Part shown: positions 51,765-64,000 of the stretch, one piece after another
How positions within the stretch are numbered: position 1 is the first letter of the stretch
Layout of the letters: each line of letters begins with the position of its first letter
Assembly: GCF_009914755.1 (NCBI RefSeq)
Contig: NC_060933.1
Strand: one strand, 5' to 3'
DNA: 64,000 nt
DNA from: the human T2T-CHM13v2.0 reference genome, Homo sapiens
Made by a program: the position numbers and the translations under genes
Notes under the pieces: generated by a model
What the model saw: only the letters and a program-made list of their open reading frames with translations
Database searches by the model: none
Told to the model about the DNA's origin: nothing

Positions 51765-51888
51765 TTGTTGTTTTTCTTTTTCTTTTAAAAAAGAGATAGG
51801 GTCTCACTGTGTTAACTAGGCTGGTCTTGAACTCCTGACCTCAAGCCATCTTCTTGGCTCGGCCTCCCAAAGCACTGGGATTATAGGG
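51765..51888 (-). mobile_element. FLAM / Alu left-monomer fragment
   Basis: gagatagggtctcactgtg...ggctggtcttgaactcctgacctcaagccatc...cccaaagcactgggattatag. Confidence 0.85.
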
Positions 51889-51889
51889 G

Positions 51890-52384
51890 GAAGAAGGGTC
51901 TTTAAAAAAAAAGTTCACAGATCCCTGGAAACAAGAGGCACACCACACCACACAGGGCTACCCAGGGAACTACCAGCATCAGTCAGGAGACGAGGGAGCA
52001 AGGGGAAAATGTAGCTAACAGTCTTTATTGTGATTTCCCAGGGAAGGAACAAGCAATGCAGGGTTAACAGATTTAGAATTGGCAAGTTTGGATAATTTTG
52101 GCAGGCACTAGGGGCATTGGGCCCTTTCCTAGTTGTCAGGAACCTGGCCTTCAGATGATTAGGGCAGCAGGATAGTGGGTCAGAGTGTGAGAGCCTAATA
52201 AACTAGGTGGTTAGGGGTATGGACTCTGGGTGGTTTGGTTTACAAATGACAGATGCATTGCCTGGAAAATTGTTTGCCATCTTTAGGAATAGGCTAACCC
52301 TAAAGGAGGTAGTCCCTCCAGGGTCAACTAGCCTCCAAGATGCCCAAGCATCCAAACACAGCAAAAAAAGACATGATTAAGACA
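51890..52384 (-). mobile_element. MER54/73/74-group ERVL LTR
   Basis: Reverse strand starts TGTCTTAATCATGTC...CATCTTGGAGGCTAGTTGACCCTGGAGGGACTACC. Confidence 0.6.
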
Positions 52385-53159
52385 GTATAGAAATATAAGT
52401 GGCAGTTATCTTTCTTAAGTACCAATATTCTACTAATTCTGAGCTCATGGAAAATGGTAAAAGATTCTAAAATGTTTAAACCCTGACTTGGTTGCTTATG
52501 ATGAGATATGTAGATAGACCCTTAGCTCTTTATAGAGACACCCATAGCTCAGGGGTGAAAGAAAGACATCTTTGTGTCTCCTTGCGTAAACATTGTATGT
52601 ATAATAGTATCAGTGACATTTCATCCACTAATTCAATGCTGCTTATAAAATCTCTAGAATGTGATGTTAAAGGCAATGGTATTTCAATTAATAATTTAAA
52701 AATTCCAAATTTAGATATTTCTAAGCAGCTGTTGCTTATTATATGAGTAATTATTTTCAGAGAAAAAAGTCTTACCAGAAGCATATTTTTAAAATATACC
52801 ACATTGTACAGATTATCTCCATTGTTTTTCATTGAATTCTCTACCCAAACTATAAATGCATTTGTCATTTGGGCAATACTTAATAGTGTTCAGAACTAGC
52901 ACATTAACTTCCTTCTCAAATATGGGTGCTTGTGAGGGCAGGAGTTTTGGCAGTGTGGGAATCTGTTAGTTCCAGATCTCTTAAGAGAAGGAAAGTCCTC
53001 ATGCTGTACAATCTACTTTTCCTAAAAGGTGGGTAATTAAACTAAACAATTTCAGAAATGTATAATTAATTCATGCAAAACCAAAGTATATCATAACATA
53101 AGGAATTCTATTCGAATTATTGGATTCATTTTTGCAAAGATCACAAGATATTTCCATAG

Positions 53160-53549
53160 TGAATTAAGTTATTCTTGCATTGCTATAAAGAATTACCTAA
53201 GGCTGGGTATTTTATGAAGAAAAGAGGTTTATTTGGCTCACGGTTCTACAGGCTTTACAGGCAAGGTGCTGGCATCTGCTTGGTTTCTGGGGAGGCCTCA
53301 GGGAGCTTATACTTGTGGCAGGAGCAGGCAAGTCACACGACAGGAACAGGAGCAAAAGAGAGAGTGAGGGTGAGGTGCCACACACTTTTAAACAACCAGA
53401 TATCACAAGAACTCACTCACTATCACAAAGACAGCACCAAGCTATGGGGGATATGCCCCATGACCCGAACACCTCACACCAGGCCCCACCTTCAGCATTG
53501 GGGATTACATCTCAACATGAGATATGGAGGGGACATTCAAATTATATCA
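53160..53549 (-). mobile_element. MSTB-type LTR
   Basis: gcattgctataaagaattacctaaggctggg...ggggacattcaaattatatca; TSD catag/catga. Confidence 0.85.
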
Positions 53550-54088
53550 CATGATACACAAATGTATCCTTCTGGCAGGAGTAGAGGATGAGCACCGATT
53601 AATATCTGTTATTTCCCAAATACTCCTTTTAAATCTTGTACTGAGGGGAAATATTTCTTCTACATCTTCTCTGTTTCTTTCATGTAAAGAGAGGTCACTT
53701 AGAACTCCTGGCTTCCCTCTGCACCTTTCCTTATTCTACCCTCCGGGGATGTTGAGGGTGGCTACACTGATGAGTAAATTTGGAAATAATACTTGGGTAT
53801 TATAACTTAGTGCTGCTCTTTCTCCTACTTGGTCCTTTAGCTTCTGGCAGACAGCCCAGTTTTGCCCTCCTCCATACCAAGAGTGTCACCTGGGCCAGCC
53901 CCTCCACCAGGGAGACTTGCAACTGGGCGCACAGACTGCAGGTTCTGGTTTATTTATCAAGCTAGCCTGGTCATGGCTGGTAATAACGATGGATCCTCAA
54001 ATTTATTCATTATTTCTCAAATTCTTTGGAGCTGGACAGGGAAGCGGGGCACTACTCACTTGGAGACTCTGTATTACACAATCCGCTA

Positions 54089-54441
54089 TAATATGGTTTG
54101 TCTGTGTCCCCATCCAAATCCCATCTTGAATTGTAGCTCCCATAATCTCCATGTGTCATGGGAGGGACCTGGTGGGAGGTAATTGAATCATGGGGGCAGG
54201 TTTTTCCCATACTGTTATTGTGATAGTGAGTAAATCTCATGAGATCTGATGGTTTTATAAAGGGCAGTTCCCCTGCGCATGCTCTCTCCTGCCACCATGT
54301 AAGATATGCCTTTCCTCCTCCTTCACCTTCTGCCGTGATTGTAAGGCCTCCCAGCCATGTGAGTCCATTAAACCTCTTTTTCTTTATAAATTACCCAGTC
54401 TTGGGTATTTCTTCATAGCAGTATGAAAATGGACGAATACA
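54089..54441 (+). mobile_element. THE1-type LTR
   Basis: taatatggtttgtctgtgtcccc...gggaggtaattgaatcatgggg...aaatggacgaataca. Confidence 0.9.
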
Positions 54442-54610
54442 CATTACCTCTCCCTTGCCCTTGCATTATACGATGCACATACTTTTCCATGGTCCAGGTT
54501 TCTTTTGTGCTCTGGAATTTAAATATAAACAAACAAAACCAGTTTATTCCATTTTCTTTCCATGGACTATTTGTTAGCGTGAATAATAAACTAAGAATGT
54601 GTATTTATAG

Positions 54611-54868
54611 CAGTAGTTTCCTATCAGGGGGTCTTCAAAGGCCTCGGGTCCTCCAGAGTTTTCAGATATACTTTAGAGACTGTGCTGAGTCAAGTGTGGG
54701 GTGGGGTGGAGGGGGTGGGAGTATGAGAGTAGGTAAAGTGAGAAGATCAAGACTCCAGGAACCCCATCTCAGTTTCCAAAATAACACTTCAACTTTCGTT
54801 TGTTTATTATGCTGGGCTGCCATAAAAGCATACATTTAAAGAAAGGATTTCCACTATTTAAAACTGGC
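54611..54868. mobile_element. MER117-like hAT fragment
   Basis: caactttcgtttgtttattatgctgggctgcc...tttaaagaaaggatttccacta. Confidence 0.45.
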
Positions 54869-55820
54869 ATAATAAACTAATAATAAAACTGGCAGGTTTA
54901 AAAATTACTATTTCCTATCATCTCTCCTGATTAGGTAAATATTTAGCAAGTTTATTATTGTACAAATTATTTTATTCGTGACAAAAAGCTGTTTTCTCTA
55001 GAGAATTTTCTTTCTTCCTAGCATGAAAGCCATAATCTAAAAAACACGACTCAGGGTTATAAGAAGTCAAGTTTGGAACTAGCATCTTGGGGCTAGAGAA
55101 CTTCTCCACATAGATGCTCAGTTTAGAAATTCTACCATCCCTTTTAGTGCCCATTCCTTTGGTTATTTTAGAACTTCTAAAGTCTGTTTATGAGACAACA
55201 TGGGAGTGAGTCTCCTTTTCCTGAATTGTAATGCATAAGATTTCTAAAGACTTAAATAGGATCCAATGATGTCTAAATAATTATGGACGAAATGCTAAGT
55301 GAAAATCTGGATGATAAAAGAAGTCTTCTATTAGCAGGAAAATGTTTACTCTAGCTGATCCTTCTCAGAAGTTGCTTTCACCAGCTTCAGAAACAATCAA
55401 CCCCAGCTGCCCATCTGCTGACTACAACCCGTAGTGCCTATCTTGTACTCTCCTATAGGTCATTATGTCTTAAATTCTACTTTCCTGCACCACTCACAGC
55501 AAACAATCACCCTTTTGGCTTCTTACTGGAAGCCCAAATTGTAATGTCTACAAGTTTACTGTCTTGTAGAACCAATGAGGCAGTTGAAAAAGAAGAAATA
55601 AAGTTCCTGGCAAAAAAAGCTAGTTAAAAGAAATGGTACTTACTAAGAGATTTTGTCTTAATAACAAGGAAAGGCTAAATTTCAGTTGATAAACATAGCT
55701 TCTTCCTGGAATCCACTTGTATCACATGAAACCAATTTCTAAGAATTTAGCAGTATTTTTGTTTTAATATTCTGTCAGGAGCAGTACTCAACAAAAATAA
55801 AGCCCTAGCATAGTAAACCT

Positions 55821-55990
55821 CAAGGCTGGCTATGTAATTTGCAGGGGGTAGTGCAAGATGAAAATAAGGGGCCCCTTGTTCAAAATTATTTAAAATTCCA
55901 AGAACGTGACAGCAGAACATTAAACCAAGCATGGGCCCTTCTTCTAAGTGTGACTGCACAGGCTGAACACTGCGAATATAGTCCTTCCTA
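55821..55990 (-). mobile_element. MER45A (hAT-Tip100)
   Basis: ggctggctatgtaatttgcaggg...ggggccccttgttcaaaatta...acattaaaccaagcatgggcccttc. Confidence 0.75.
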
Positions 55991-56779
55991 TGCTTGCACC
56001 TATGCCGAAAATATCAGAGGCCACTGTCAATCTGCACAGACCCGATAGAGCTTTCCCGATCATCTTCTTACTTCCGTATCTGCCGTTTGGTGAACTCGTT
56101 CACTTTCTCCATCTCAGCCTCTGCCAAAGTAGAAGTTTTATCCTTTATTTGTCCAAAAATTTCTATTTTGTATATAAGAAAAGCGTTTTTGTTGGTCTTG
56201 TCATGCTGGTCATGAGAACTAGGTCAGTTTACTTTTCAGGGCCCACCACAAAAGCAGGTGGGTGGAAGTTTCATTCTTCTCCTGGACACCTTGGTGGGTT
56301 TGGGGAAGCGGGACTGAGGGCTAAATTGGGGGTGAGCACAACTGCTCTGTGTAAAAAGGGAGAAGAATTTGACATCTGAGGGATGACCTAGGAAGGACAG
56401 ATCATGGACAAGACAAGGGGGAGAAGAAGCAGGGAACAAGCTCTGTGATGTGCATGTGATACTTTTCCTTAACCCCCAGAATTACTGGTAAAATCTGTGT
56501 GACTGGATGTTTTGAGAAACTTGGAGTACCACCCTGGGTCTCTGGCCCAGAACAGCAACTTCAAATGCAAAAGGAATGGAAGGAGGCAGAGGGAGGCAGA
56601 GGAGGCAGATGGAACCTCAGAAATTAGAATCTTAGATGGCAGAGTGGAGACCTTGAACTTCACAGGCCATGGAATTGGAGAACCAAAGTCATACTTCCTA
56701 GTTCTGGAGGCAAGGGGTGTTCTTAACTCCCAAGCGATTCTTACATTAAGAATAATGAAAGTCTTACCACAGGCCAACT

Positions 56780-57385
56780 ACTGTGGTCACTATTCCCCAC
56801 ATATCAGCTCATCTGATTGTCCCGGTAACACTATAAAATAGGTATTGTTTTGCAGATACTCAAAATAAGATACTAAAAGGTTACAGGATTTTCCCAGGCT
56901 CCTATCTACTAAGGTACTGGAGCTGGAACTTGAAATTAGAAAGTTTCCAAGACCAGTGATCTTGAGCACTCCAAATTCTATCTTCCTAGATTATCTCATG
57001 TAACCCTGTGGTCTAGGAAAAGTAAATGCTGTTATTCAGGCTTTACAGTGAGAGAACTGAAGGTCAGAAACGTTAAGCAGTTGATACAAGGGAAACTAGT
57101 AAGTGGCAGAACAAGGATCCAAACAGAATAGAACCAATTCCACACCTTTGCTTTACCTCTAACCCTTATTGCCTCCTCTGAAAATGGAGCTAGATTCAGA
57201 TTCTAGCTCTGCCCTCCACTATCTATATTACCCAAGCAAATCACTTAACCTGCTGGCTTCTTCATTTCCTCATCCACAATATTGCAATTATAACTACTTT
57301 GAAGCGTGGTTCTAATGAAATATGAGATAACACACAGGTGAGCTGGAATGCATTATGCAAATATAAGGTATATTTACTGCTGTTA
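56780..57385. mobile_element. Cluster of three MIR fragments (two minus, one plus)
   Basis: ttttgcagatactcaaaa; tttacagtgagagaactgaaggtcagaaacgttaag; gcaaatcacttaacctg...tttcctcatcc. Confidence 0.55.
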
Positions 57386-59449
57386 TTTTGGAATACAAAG
57401 ACTGTACTTCCCATGATGCTTTTCACTCTCCTATTTCTTAATATTCACCAAGGAGAGAAGGAAGAGATGTATCTTTGGAACAATGTTAATTTCATCCTAC
57501 GGCTTTTGATTATTCATCCCTCTGAGTGATCCAGTCTCATTACATTCAGTCATTCGCTCTAAATGCTTGGCAGGCATCCAAACAGTTATTTGTTCAACTC
57601 AATAATCTAAGTTTATTGTCTTAAATAAATCACACCTGACAAATAACCCGTGCTTCAAAACGATCTTTAAAAGTGGGTGCTAAAGTGACACTGTCAATTC
57701 CAAAAATCATGGGTGATGTTAAGGCTTTTAACAAAACAACTTAAAAGTTTGACATTTTAATTTATTGCTGTACTGCTTTTTGTAACTGTACTTTGATTGG
57801 TTTCCACTCCTTCCTAAGCAGTAATTTTTTTCATGTGAAATATAATTTATACTTTGAAAGTGATCAACTATGAGCAGTGCATATATGAGCAATATAAATA
57901 TAAAACTGTTCTTGAAGGACCAATGCTTTGCTTCATTAAATTTTCACATTTTAAAATGTTAATATCAGTGGCCACAAACATATAAAAATCTGGATGTACT
58001 TAATTTCCATAAATTGGAAATTCATTTGTATAATTTTGGAAGCACATTAAGGAATGTAAAAAATAAATTTCTCATATGTTATAAAAATGAAAGAAAAGCA
58101 GATGAATAATATGATCCCAATTATCATCAAGTTCTGGACTTCAGAAACTATACTGGGAGGATATAAAATAATAAAATAACTTGAATAATGGAAGATTAAA
58201 ATCAGTCAATAAGTATTCAGGAGATGTTTATCACTTCAATCAAGTCAAAGTTATATGTTTTAATGGAAAAAGTATTAGCATGAGTAACCAAAAAGAGTAT
58301 ATTATCAAAACAATTTATATTAAACTTATTAATATACACATGAACTTACATTTAAGTTTTAAATTTAATTAAGACTAGGGATTTCTGGGAGCAATTAAAT
58401 TTTGTATATATATTATATTACAACTAAAGAATGAATATGTGCTAAAAATGTCCAGTTAAGGAGAACTTGTAAAACTGAAGCAATTTCCCATTTTATTTCC
58501 CAGCTCACTGCTCAGCTTCCTCTATAATAGGACAGACAGCAGGGTATGGTTAAGCCAAAGTACTAGCCTAAGACAAGCCTTACTTCTCCCCTAGATTTCA
58601 TGTTAACCGCCTCCTTACCTGATTAGAAGAGGTCAATATAAAGCTCGGTAAGTTAGTTTAAAAGGTTCTTCCTTTGATCTTTCCTCAAATGATCGTGACC
58701 TTCATGCCTGGAAAAGACAGAAATAAAGCAGATTTAGTAGCAATGTAAAGACATTGAAAATAAGATATGCTGTAGCTTATGTACCAACAGATAATTGGGA
58801 ACAGAATGTATTGTAATCAAACATAACACATCCCATATAAAGCGTTATGTTTCAGTAATCATATTTTTGGAATACACCAACTTGATGCAAAATGGTAGTC
58901 ATTAAATTCCTTAGACAGCAACCTACTAACAATATTGAACTTTTCTGTTAGGCTTCAGATAGTGATAAATTGACTTATACTTTATGTCATATTAAAAATC
59001 AAATATTAACAAAAAAGATTTTTCAATACTTTTCCCATCAACATTTAACTCAATACTTAAGTGTTCTTATAATAAAAATAATTCATTGTTATTTTAATAT
59101 CTCATATATATCCACTATTTGGTTGTTCATATGCAATCACCAACAGGAAAGTCTGTATTCCCCTCAAAGGCGTAAATGCACTTCTGCCACTCAGGGATAT
59201 TTCAGGTCACCCTTAAAAAGTCAGATTTCAGCAGATGACATAGTTACCTGGTACTTTGGGGACTATCTACCCAGAAAATTGAGGTAACTTAGACAAAGAC
59301 TGGATTTCTTCTTTATTTTTTAAATTTTTTTAGCCTAAAATTATCAGGTCAGCTAAGTGCAAGGTTCTAAAGGCATCAGCTAATTAAGCAATGTTCTGCT
59401 TCCCTGGGGCTGTCTAGAGATTGCATTTAAAAAGTAACCCATGGATCAA

Positions 59450-59712
59450 ATCACACACACACACAAATGCACACGCACACACACATGTTCACATTCGGGT
59501 AAATGAGTACATGTAAAGAGGAGTGAAAATGCGTAAGATCTAGAGCCTAGTTAACAGTATTTTATTAATGTCAGTTTCATCATTTTGATATTATACTGCA
59601 GTTATATAAGACGTCACCATTTGGGAGAAGGTGGTTTAAGGGCACATGGGACTCTATGTACTATTTTTGTGACTCCCTGTTGGTCCATAATTATTTCAAA
59701 ATAAAAAGATTT
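59450..59712 (+). mobile_element. L1MC/MD-type 3' end
   Basis: tgatattatactgcagttatataagacgtcaccatttgggaga...taattatttcaaaataaaa. Confidence 0.7.
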
Positions 59713-59920
59713 TTTTTTTTAAAAAAAGGAACCCCATAGACAATTATGCCTCAAGGAACTGATGCACTGCTCTGTAAAATGCTGAATCAGTACCACAGAA
59801 GAAAGTTCAAAATAGACATTATTTTAAAATAATGAGGCATTAATTTGTTGTAATTTCCACCATAATTTGATCCAAAAACATAAAACAAAATATAAGTTTA
59901 GGTTAGGGTAAGGCTTATAA

Positions 59921-60090
59921 ATAGTGGTGTACTGGTAAACATTTCACAATCAGCTCTTGAGTATGGAGCTCTGATTGTAGCATTGGCTACTTTGCATACT
60001 GTAAATCTTCCCACTGTGGCAAATTTCAAACTGTAAATGTAACATTGACATCTCAGTAAATTCCTGAAAATTTGGCAACCAGTTTTCACA
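59921..60090. mobile_element. MER63-family hAT-Blackjack fragment
   Basis: agtggtgtactggtaaacatttcacaatcagctc...ctgattgtagcattgg...tgtaaatcttcccactgtggcaaatttcaa. Confidence 0.6.
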
Positions 60091-60965
60091 TGGAATCCAT
60101 ATCATGAAGAAAGTGAACGGACTCTGAGTGGGTATACTTACTTGTATGGCCCACCCCATAAGGAGGGACCCAGCAGGACAAGGCCCAGAGTTGGGTCTCT
60201 AGGGTTTAGGTCCCCTCTTGCCTGGCTCTAAATCCTCATCCCACATGTCAGCCTCATCTACCTAGCCCTCTTTCATCCATTCACTTTCTATTTGAGCCAT
60301 GATTCAGCCAAGATCAGAAGGAGCTGGAGAGGACAGGCTTATTAAGCATTTATTTTGGGGATAGTTCTCATTTCAGCAGTTTTCCCTCCACATCATATAC
60401 CCAAATCATGCCATAATGTACCAACTTGTTTACCACTGATTTTAGAGCAGCAAAATGTCTTCTTTTATTAGCACACAGTATATTCCAATAATGACTCCCG
60501 CAAATGGATGATGGGAGTTTATTTGGAGAGTTTGTGCTCTTAACTAAAAATCCCTTTCTCTTCTCTCAGACAGGATCATGCTCTTTGATAAAACATGTAT
60601 CTTTTTGGGGTGGAACAGCAATGGAGAGTGGAAGAGAATAAGGATGCTTAACTGGGGAACCTGATTCTTGTTCATGTTGATAAATGGTGATTGGTGCCAT
60701 CTTATAACCCAGTCACAGCTGACTGGTCCAGTATATTATGTTCAATACAAAATAGAATAATGTAGCTTAAAATATAATACAGTTCACAATGATTAACGTG
60801 ATAGCACATTTTAAACAATGACTTTGAATTAAAGATAGCAAATTTTAGGATAACTGAGAAAGATGACATTAATTTATCTGGACACATGATTTGCTTGCAG
60901 TCATTCCAAACAATATACATTAGACAAACTATGAGTGGCCTTATTCTTAAGAAGGAGATCCCATT

Positions 60966-61688
60966 TGATATAGTTGGGATATTTGTCTCCTCCAGGTTAC
61001 ATGTTGAAATTTGAACCCCACTGTTGGAGGTGGGGCCTGGTGGGAGGTGTTTGGGTCATGGGGGTGGATCCCTCACTGATGACTTGCTGCCATCCTCACG
61101 GTAATGAATGAGTTTGCGCTCTATTAGTTCCCATAAGAACTTACTGTTAAAAAGATCATGGCACCTCCCTTCTCTCTTTCTTCCTCTCTTGCCATGTGAC
61201 GCCTGTTTCCCTTTGCATTGCATCATAAGTGGAAGCTTCCTGAGGCCTCACCAGAAGCAGATGTTGGCATCATGCTTCTTGTATAGCCTGCAGAACCATA
61301 AGCAAAATAAACCGCTTTTCTTTATAAAGTACCAGCCTCAGGTATTTCTTTTTTTCTTTTTTTTTTTTTTTTTTTTTTTTGAGACGGAGTCTCCTTGTAT
61401 TGCTCAGGCTGGAGCAATCTTGGCTCACTGCAATCTCCACCTCCTGGGTTCAAGCAATTCTCTGCCTGGGCCTTCCAAGTAACTGAGATTACAGGTGCCC
61501 ACCACCATGCCTGGCTAATTTTTTTGTATTTTTAGTAGAGATGGGGTTTCACCATCTTGGCCAGGCTGGTCTTGAACTCCTGACCTTGTGATCCACCTGC
61601 CTCGACCTCCCAAATTGCTGGGATTACAGGCATGAGCCACTGCACCCCACCAGGTATTTCTTCAAAACAACACAAGTAGATTCAGACA
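60966..61688 (+). mobile_element. MSTB-type LTR (contains an Alu)
   Basis: tgatatagttgggatatttgtc...gaagcttcctgaggcctcaccagaagcagatg...ttcagaca. Confidence 0.85.
61351..61650 (-). mobile_element. AluSg-type with perfect 12-bp TSD
   Basis: Poly-T followed by antisense dimer; TSD caggtatttctt at 61339-61350 and 61651-61662. Confidence 0.93.
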
Positions 61689-62089
61689 GCATGCCCATCC
61701 ATAACCTGCCTAATTATTTTGGAATTACCCTAATCAAGCTCCCCAACAGTGTATGAACTTTGCTTAAATCACTATGGTGGTTTCATATCACTCATTATTG
61801 ATTCAATTCAAGTTTCCTATGGTTTCTGGTTAGAATGAAATAAAATTTAAAGCCATTTTCATGATAAGATCACATTCTTTCGTTCAGACTCTGGATAAAA
61901 TTAATTTACTGAATTACAACTGACATTGCATTTTAGAATGGAGTGGAATGGAATTGAAGAGAATAAAAAATATTAGAGTGTCCATTTATTAATACTAAGT
62001 ATTGTATAGGAAGCTGTCACTCAGAGTTGCAATCTAAAAGGTTTTTTTTTACTACTATTAATAGTTAAAAAAAAATTAAGTTCCACCGC

Positions 62090-62243
62090 CCTAATGGCCC
62101 TACCCTCCTCTCTGCCCTCATCACTTTCAATGCTCTCCCTCACTCATGAAGGTCTGCCACATTTGCTTCTGCTTCTTAAGTATGTCAGGCTCACTTTGGT
62201 CTCAGGATCTTTGCCCTTACAACTTTGTATTTCTGGAGAGCTC
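62090..62243 (+). mobile_element. L2 fragment
   Basis: tctccctcactcatg...caggctcactttggtctcaggatctttgc. Confidence 0.5.
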
Positions 62244-62244
62244 T

Positions 62245-64000
62245 AGGTGCAGAGGTATCTCATCCCATTTTAGTTTGATTTTCCTTGATAGTGAATGATA
62301 TTGGGCACTTTTTCATGTTATGCTTGTTGCTTATTTGGATATCCTCTGCAGATAAGTGCCCCTGCAAGTCTTTTGCCCATTTTGTTTTTGAGCTGTTTTT
62401 CATCTCTAATGAATTTGTGGGAACTCTATACATTTTGTATATGAATCCTTTGTTGTATATGAATCCTTCATTTATTTACTTTGGTTTGTACATTAGCATC
62501 TTCTTTCAGAAATTTTCATCTACCTAAAGTTATGGTAATTTTAACCTTGTTTTCTTTCAAAAGCCTTATTGTTTGCCTTTTAATTTTAGCTCAACAATGC
62601 ACTTCAAATTGATTTTTATATGAAGTTTGAGGTAAGGGTCAAGTAACATTTTGTTTTTTCCCCACAAGGATATTCCACTGCTCCATTCTTTCCTTTCTTA
62701 GCAGTGGCATCTCTGTCTGACCCAAAGTGTCTGTATATGTGTGGGTCTATTTCTGGGCACTTTATTCTGTTCCATTGGTGTACTTTTCTGTCACTTTCTT
62801 AAATATTGTATCTTTATAGTCATTCTTAACAATATCATTTTTCAGTAATAAAAAGAAATGAACTATTAATGTATTCAACAACTTGGATGGATCTCAAGAA
62901 AATTATGCTGAGTGAAAAAAAGTCAATCCCAAAAGATTGCATACTGTATAATTCCATTAATATAACATTCTTGAAATGACAAAATTATAGTCAGGAAGAA
63001 TGAATTCAATCACTGTAAGTTAGTGATTGCCAGAGGTTAGAGATGGGGGAGGAGGTGCAGGAGGTAGATGTTGTTAGAAAAAGGCAGACAAATATACGGG
63101 ATCCTTGTGGAAATGAAACTACTCTGTATCCTTACTATGGTGATGATTACATAAATCTCTACTTGTTAAAATCACATCGAATTAAATACATATACAGACA
63201 TACACATACACGTACACACATGCACGAGTACACTTAAAACAGGGGAAATGTGAATAAGATTAATTCTATAAAGTCAATGTCCTGATTGTGATATTGTACT
63301 AGATTCATATGAGATACTACAATTGGGGGAAACTGGTTGAACACTATGTGGAGTATCTATAGTATTTCTTACAAATGCATGTGAATGAACTCAAATGAAA
63401 AAATGTTGATCTTCCAAATGAACATAGGATAGCACCCCATTTAGTTAGATCTTTAAAACTTTCTCTCAGACATATTTTATAGTTTTCAATGTAGAAATGT
63501 TGCACATTTTTGTTAGATTTCTAGGGATTTGAAGTTTTTGATGTTACTGTAAAGAATACCATTTTAAAATTTTATTTTCCAATTGTTCATTGCAAGTATA
63601 TGAAATACAACTGATTTTGTATATTGGTTTTTATATCCAGTAATCATGCTACATTCACTTAAGTATAATAGTTCATTTTTACATTTTTTTAGATTTTTAA
63701 CATAATCACATCTATCATCTATGAATAATGACAATTTTATTTTTTCTTTCCAAAGCTTATCAGCTTTTATTTTGTTTTCTGATTTATTGAACTAGCTAAG
63801 ATCTTAAGTACAATATTGATTAGAATTGGTAACAGTGGATATCTTTGTCTTGCTCACAAACTCATGGGAACATGTTCAATATTTCAAAATTGAAAAAATA
63901 CTTGCTATAAGTTTTATCAAATGTTTTTATCTATCTCTTTAGATGATTATATTATTTTTCTCATTTATTTTATTAGTGGAGAGTGTTGCAAAAGTCTCTT
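62245..64000 (-). mobile_element. Old L1M ORF2 region, split by an opposite-strand L1 3' end (pieces about 62245-62830 and 63405-64000)
   Basis: gtgggtctatttctgggcactttattctgttccattgg; ctgattttgtatattggttttatatccag. Confidence 0.7.
62835..63404 (+). mobile_element. L1MC-type 3'UTR
   Basis: aataaaaagaaatgaactatt...ggatggatctcaag...tataacattcttgaaatgacaaaattatag...gtgatattgtactag. Confidence 0.75.

Noticed and set aside
55990-56841. ORFs 55990-56379 and 56512-56841 as host genes
   Set aside because: No recognisable homology, no supporting promoter or splice structure, and lengths expected by chance in 64 kb.
44995-61650. Inverted-Alu dsRNA pair
   Set aside because: The nearest opposite-strand partners are a diverged monomer about 2.8 kb away and a full Alu more than 12 kb away, a weak editing substrate.

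Overview
This is AT-rich, repeat-dense hominoid (most likely human) genomic DNA, either intronic or intergenic. I recognise no host protein-coding exon, RNA gene, CRISPR array or prokaryotic system. The left end (1-2913) is the 5' half of a young minus-strand LINE-1 (L1PA2 or short-UTR L1PA3 type). Its ORF1 is inactivated, its ORF2 is open to the window edge with an intact endonuclease catalytic set, and its antisense ORF0 is frameshifted into a 156-aa frame that exits the element. The rest is a mosaic of Alu/FLAM, MIR, L2, old L1M, L1PA16, MaLR LTRs (THE1/MST/MLT1), ERV1/ERVL LTRs, hAT DNA-transposon relics and microsatellites, often nested. Three repeat-poor islands rich in homeodomain/TALE motifs are candidate enhancers. 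The most striking pattern is three independent Alu insertions at the same homologous nucleotide (+/-1) of three different THE1/MST LTRs. Repeat subfamily calls come from remembered consensus sequences, not a RepeatMasker run, and boundaries of old repeats are approximate. Almost all supplied ORFs are chance or repeat-derived frames. I found no convincing novel multi-gene system.
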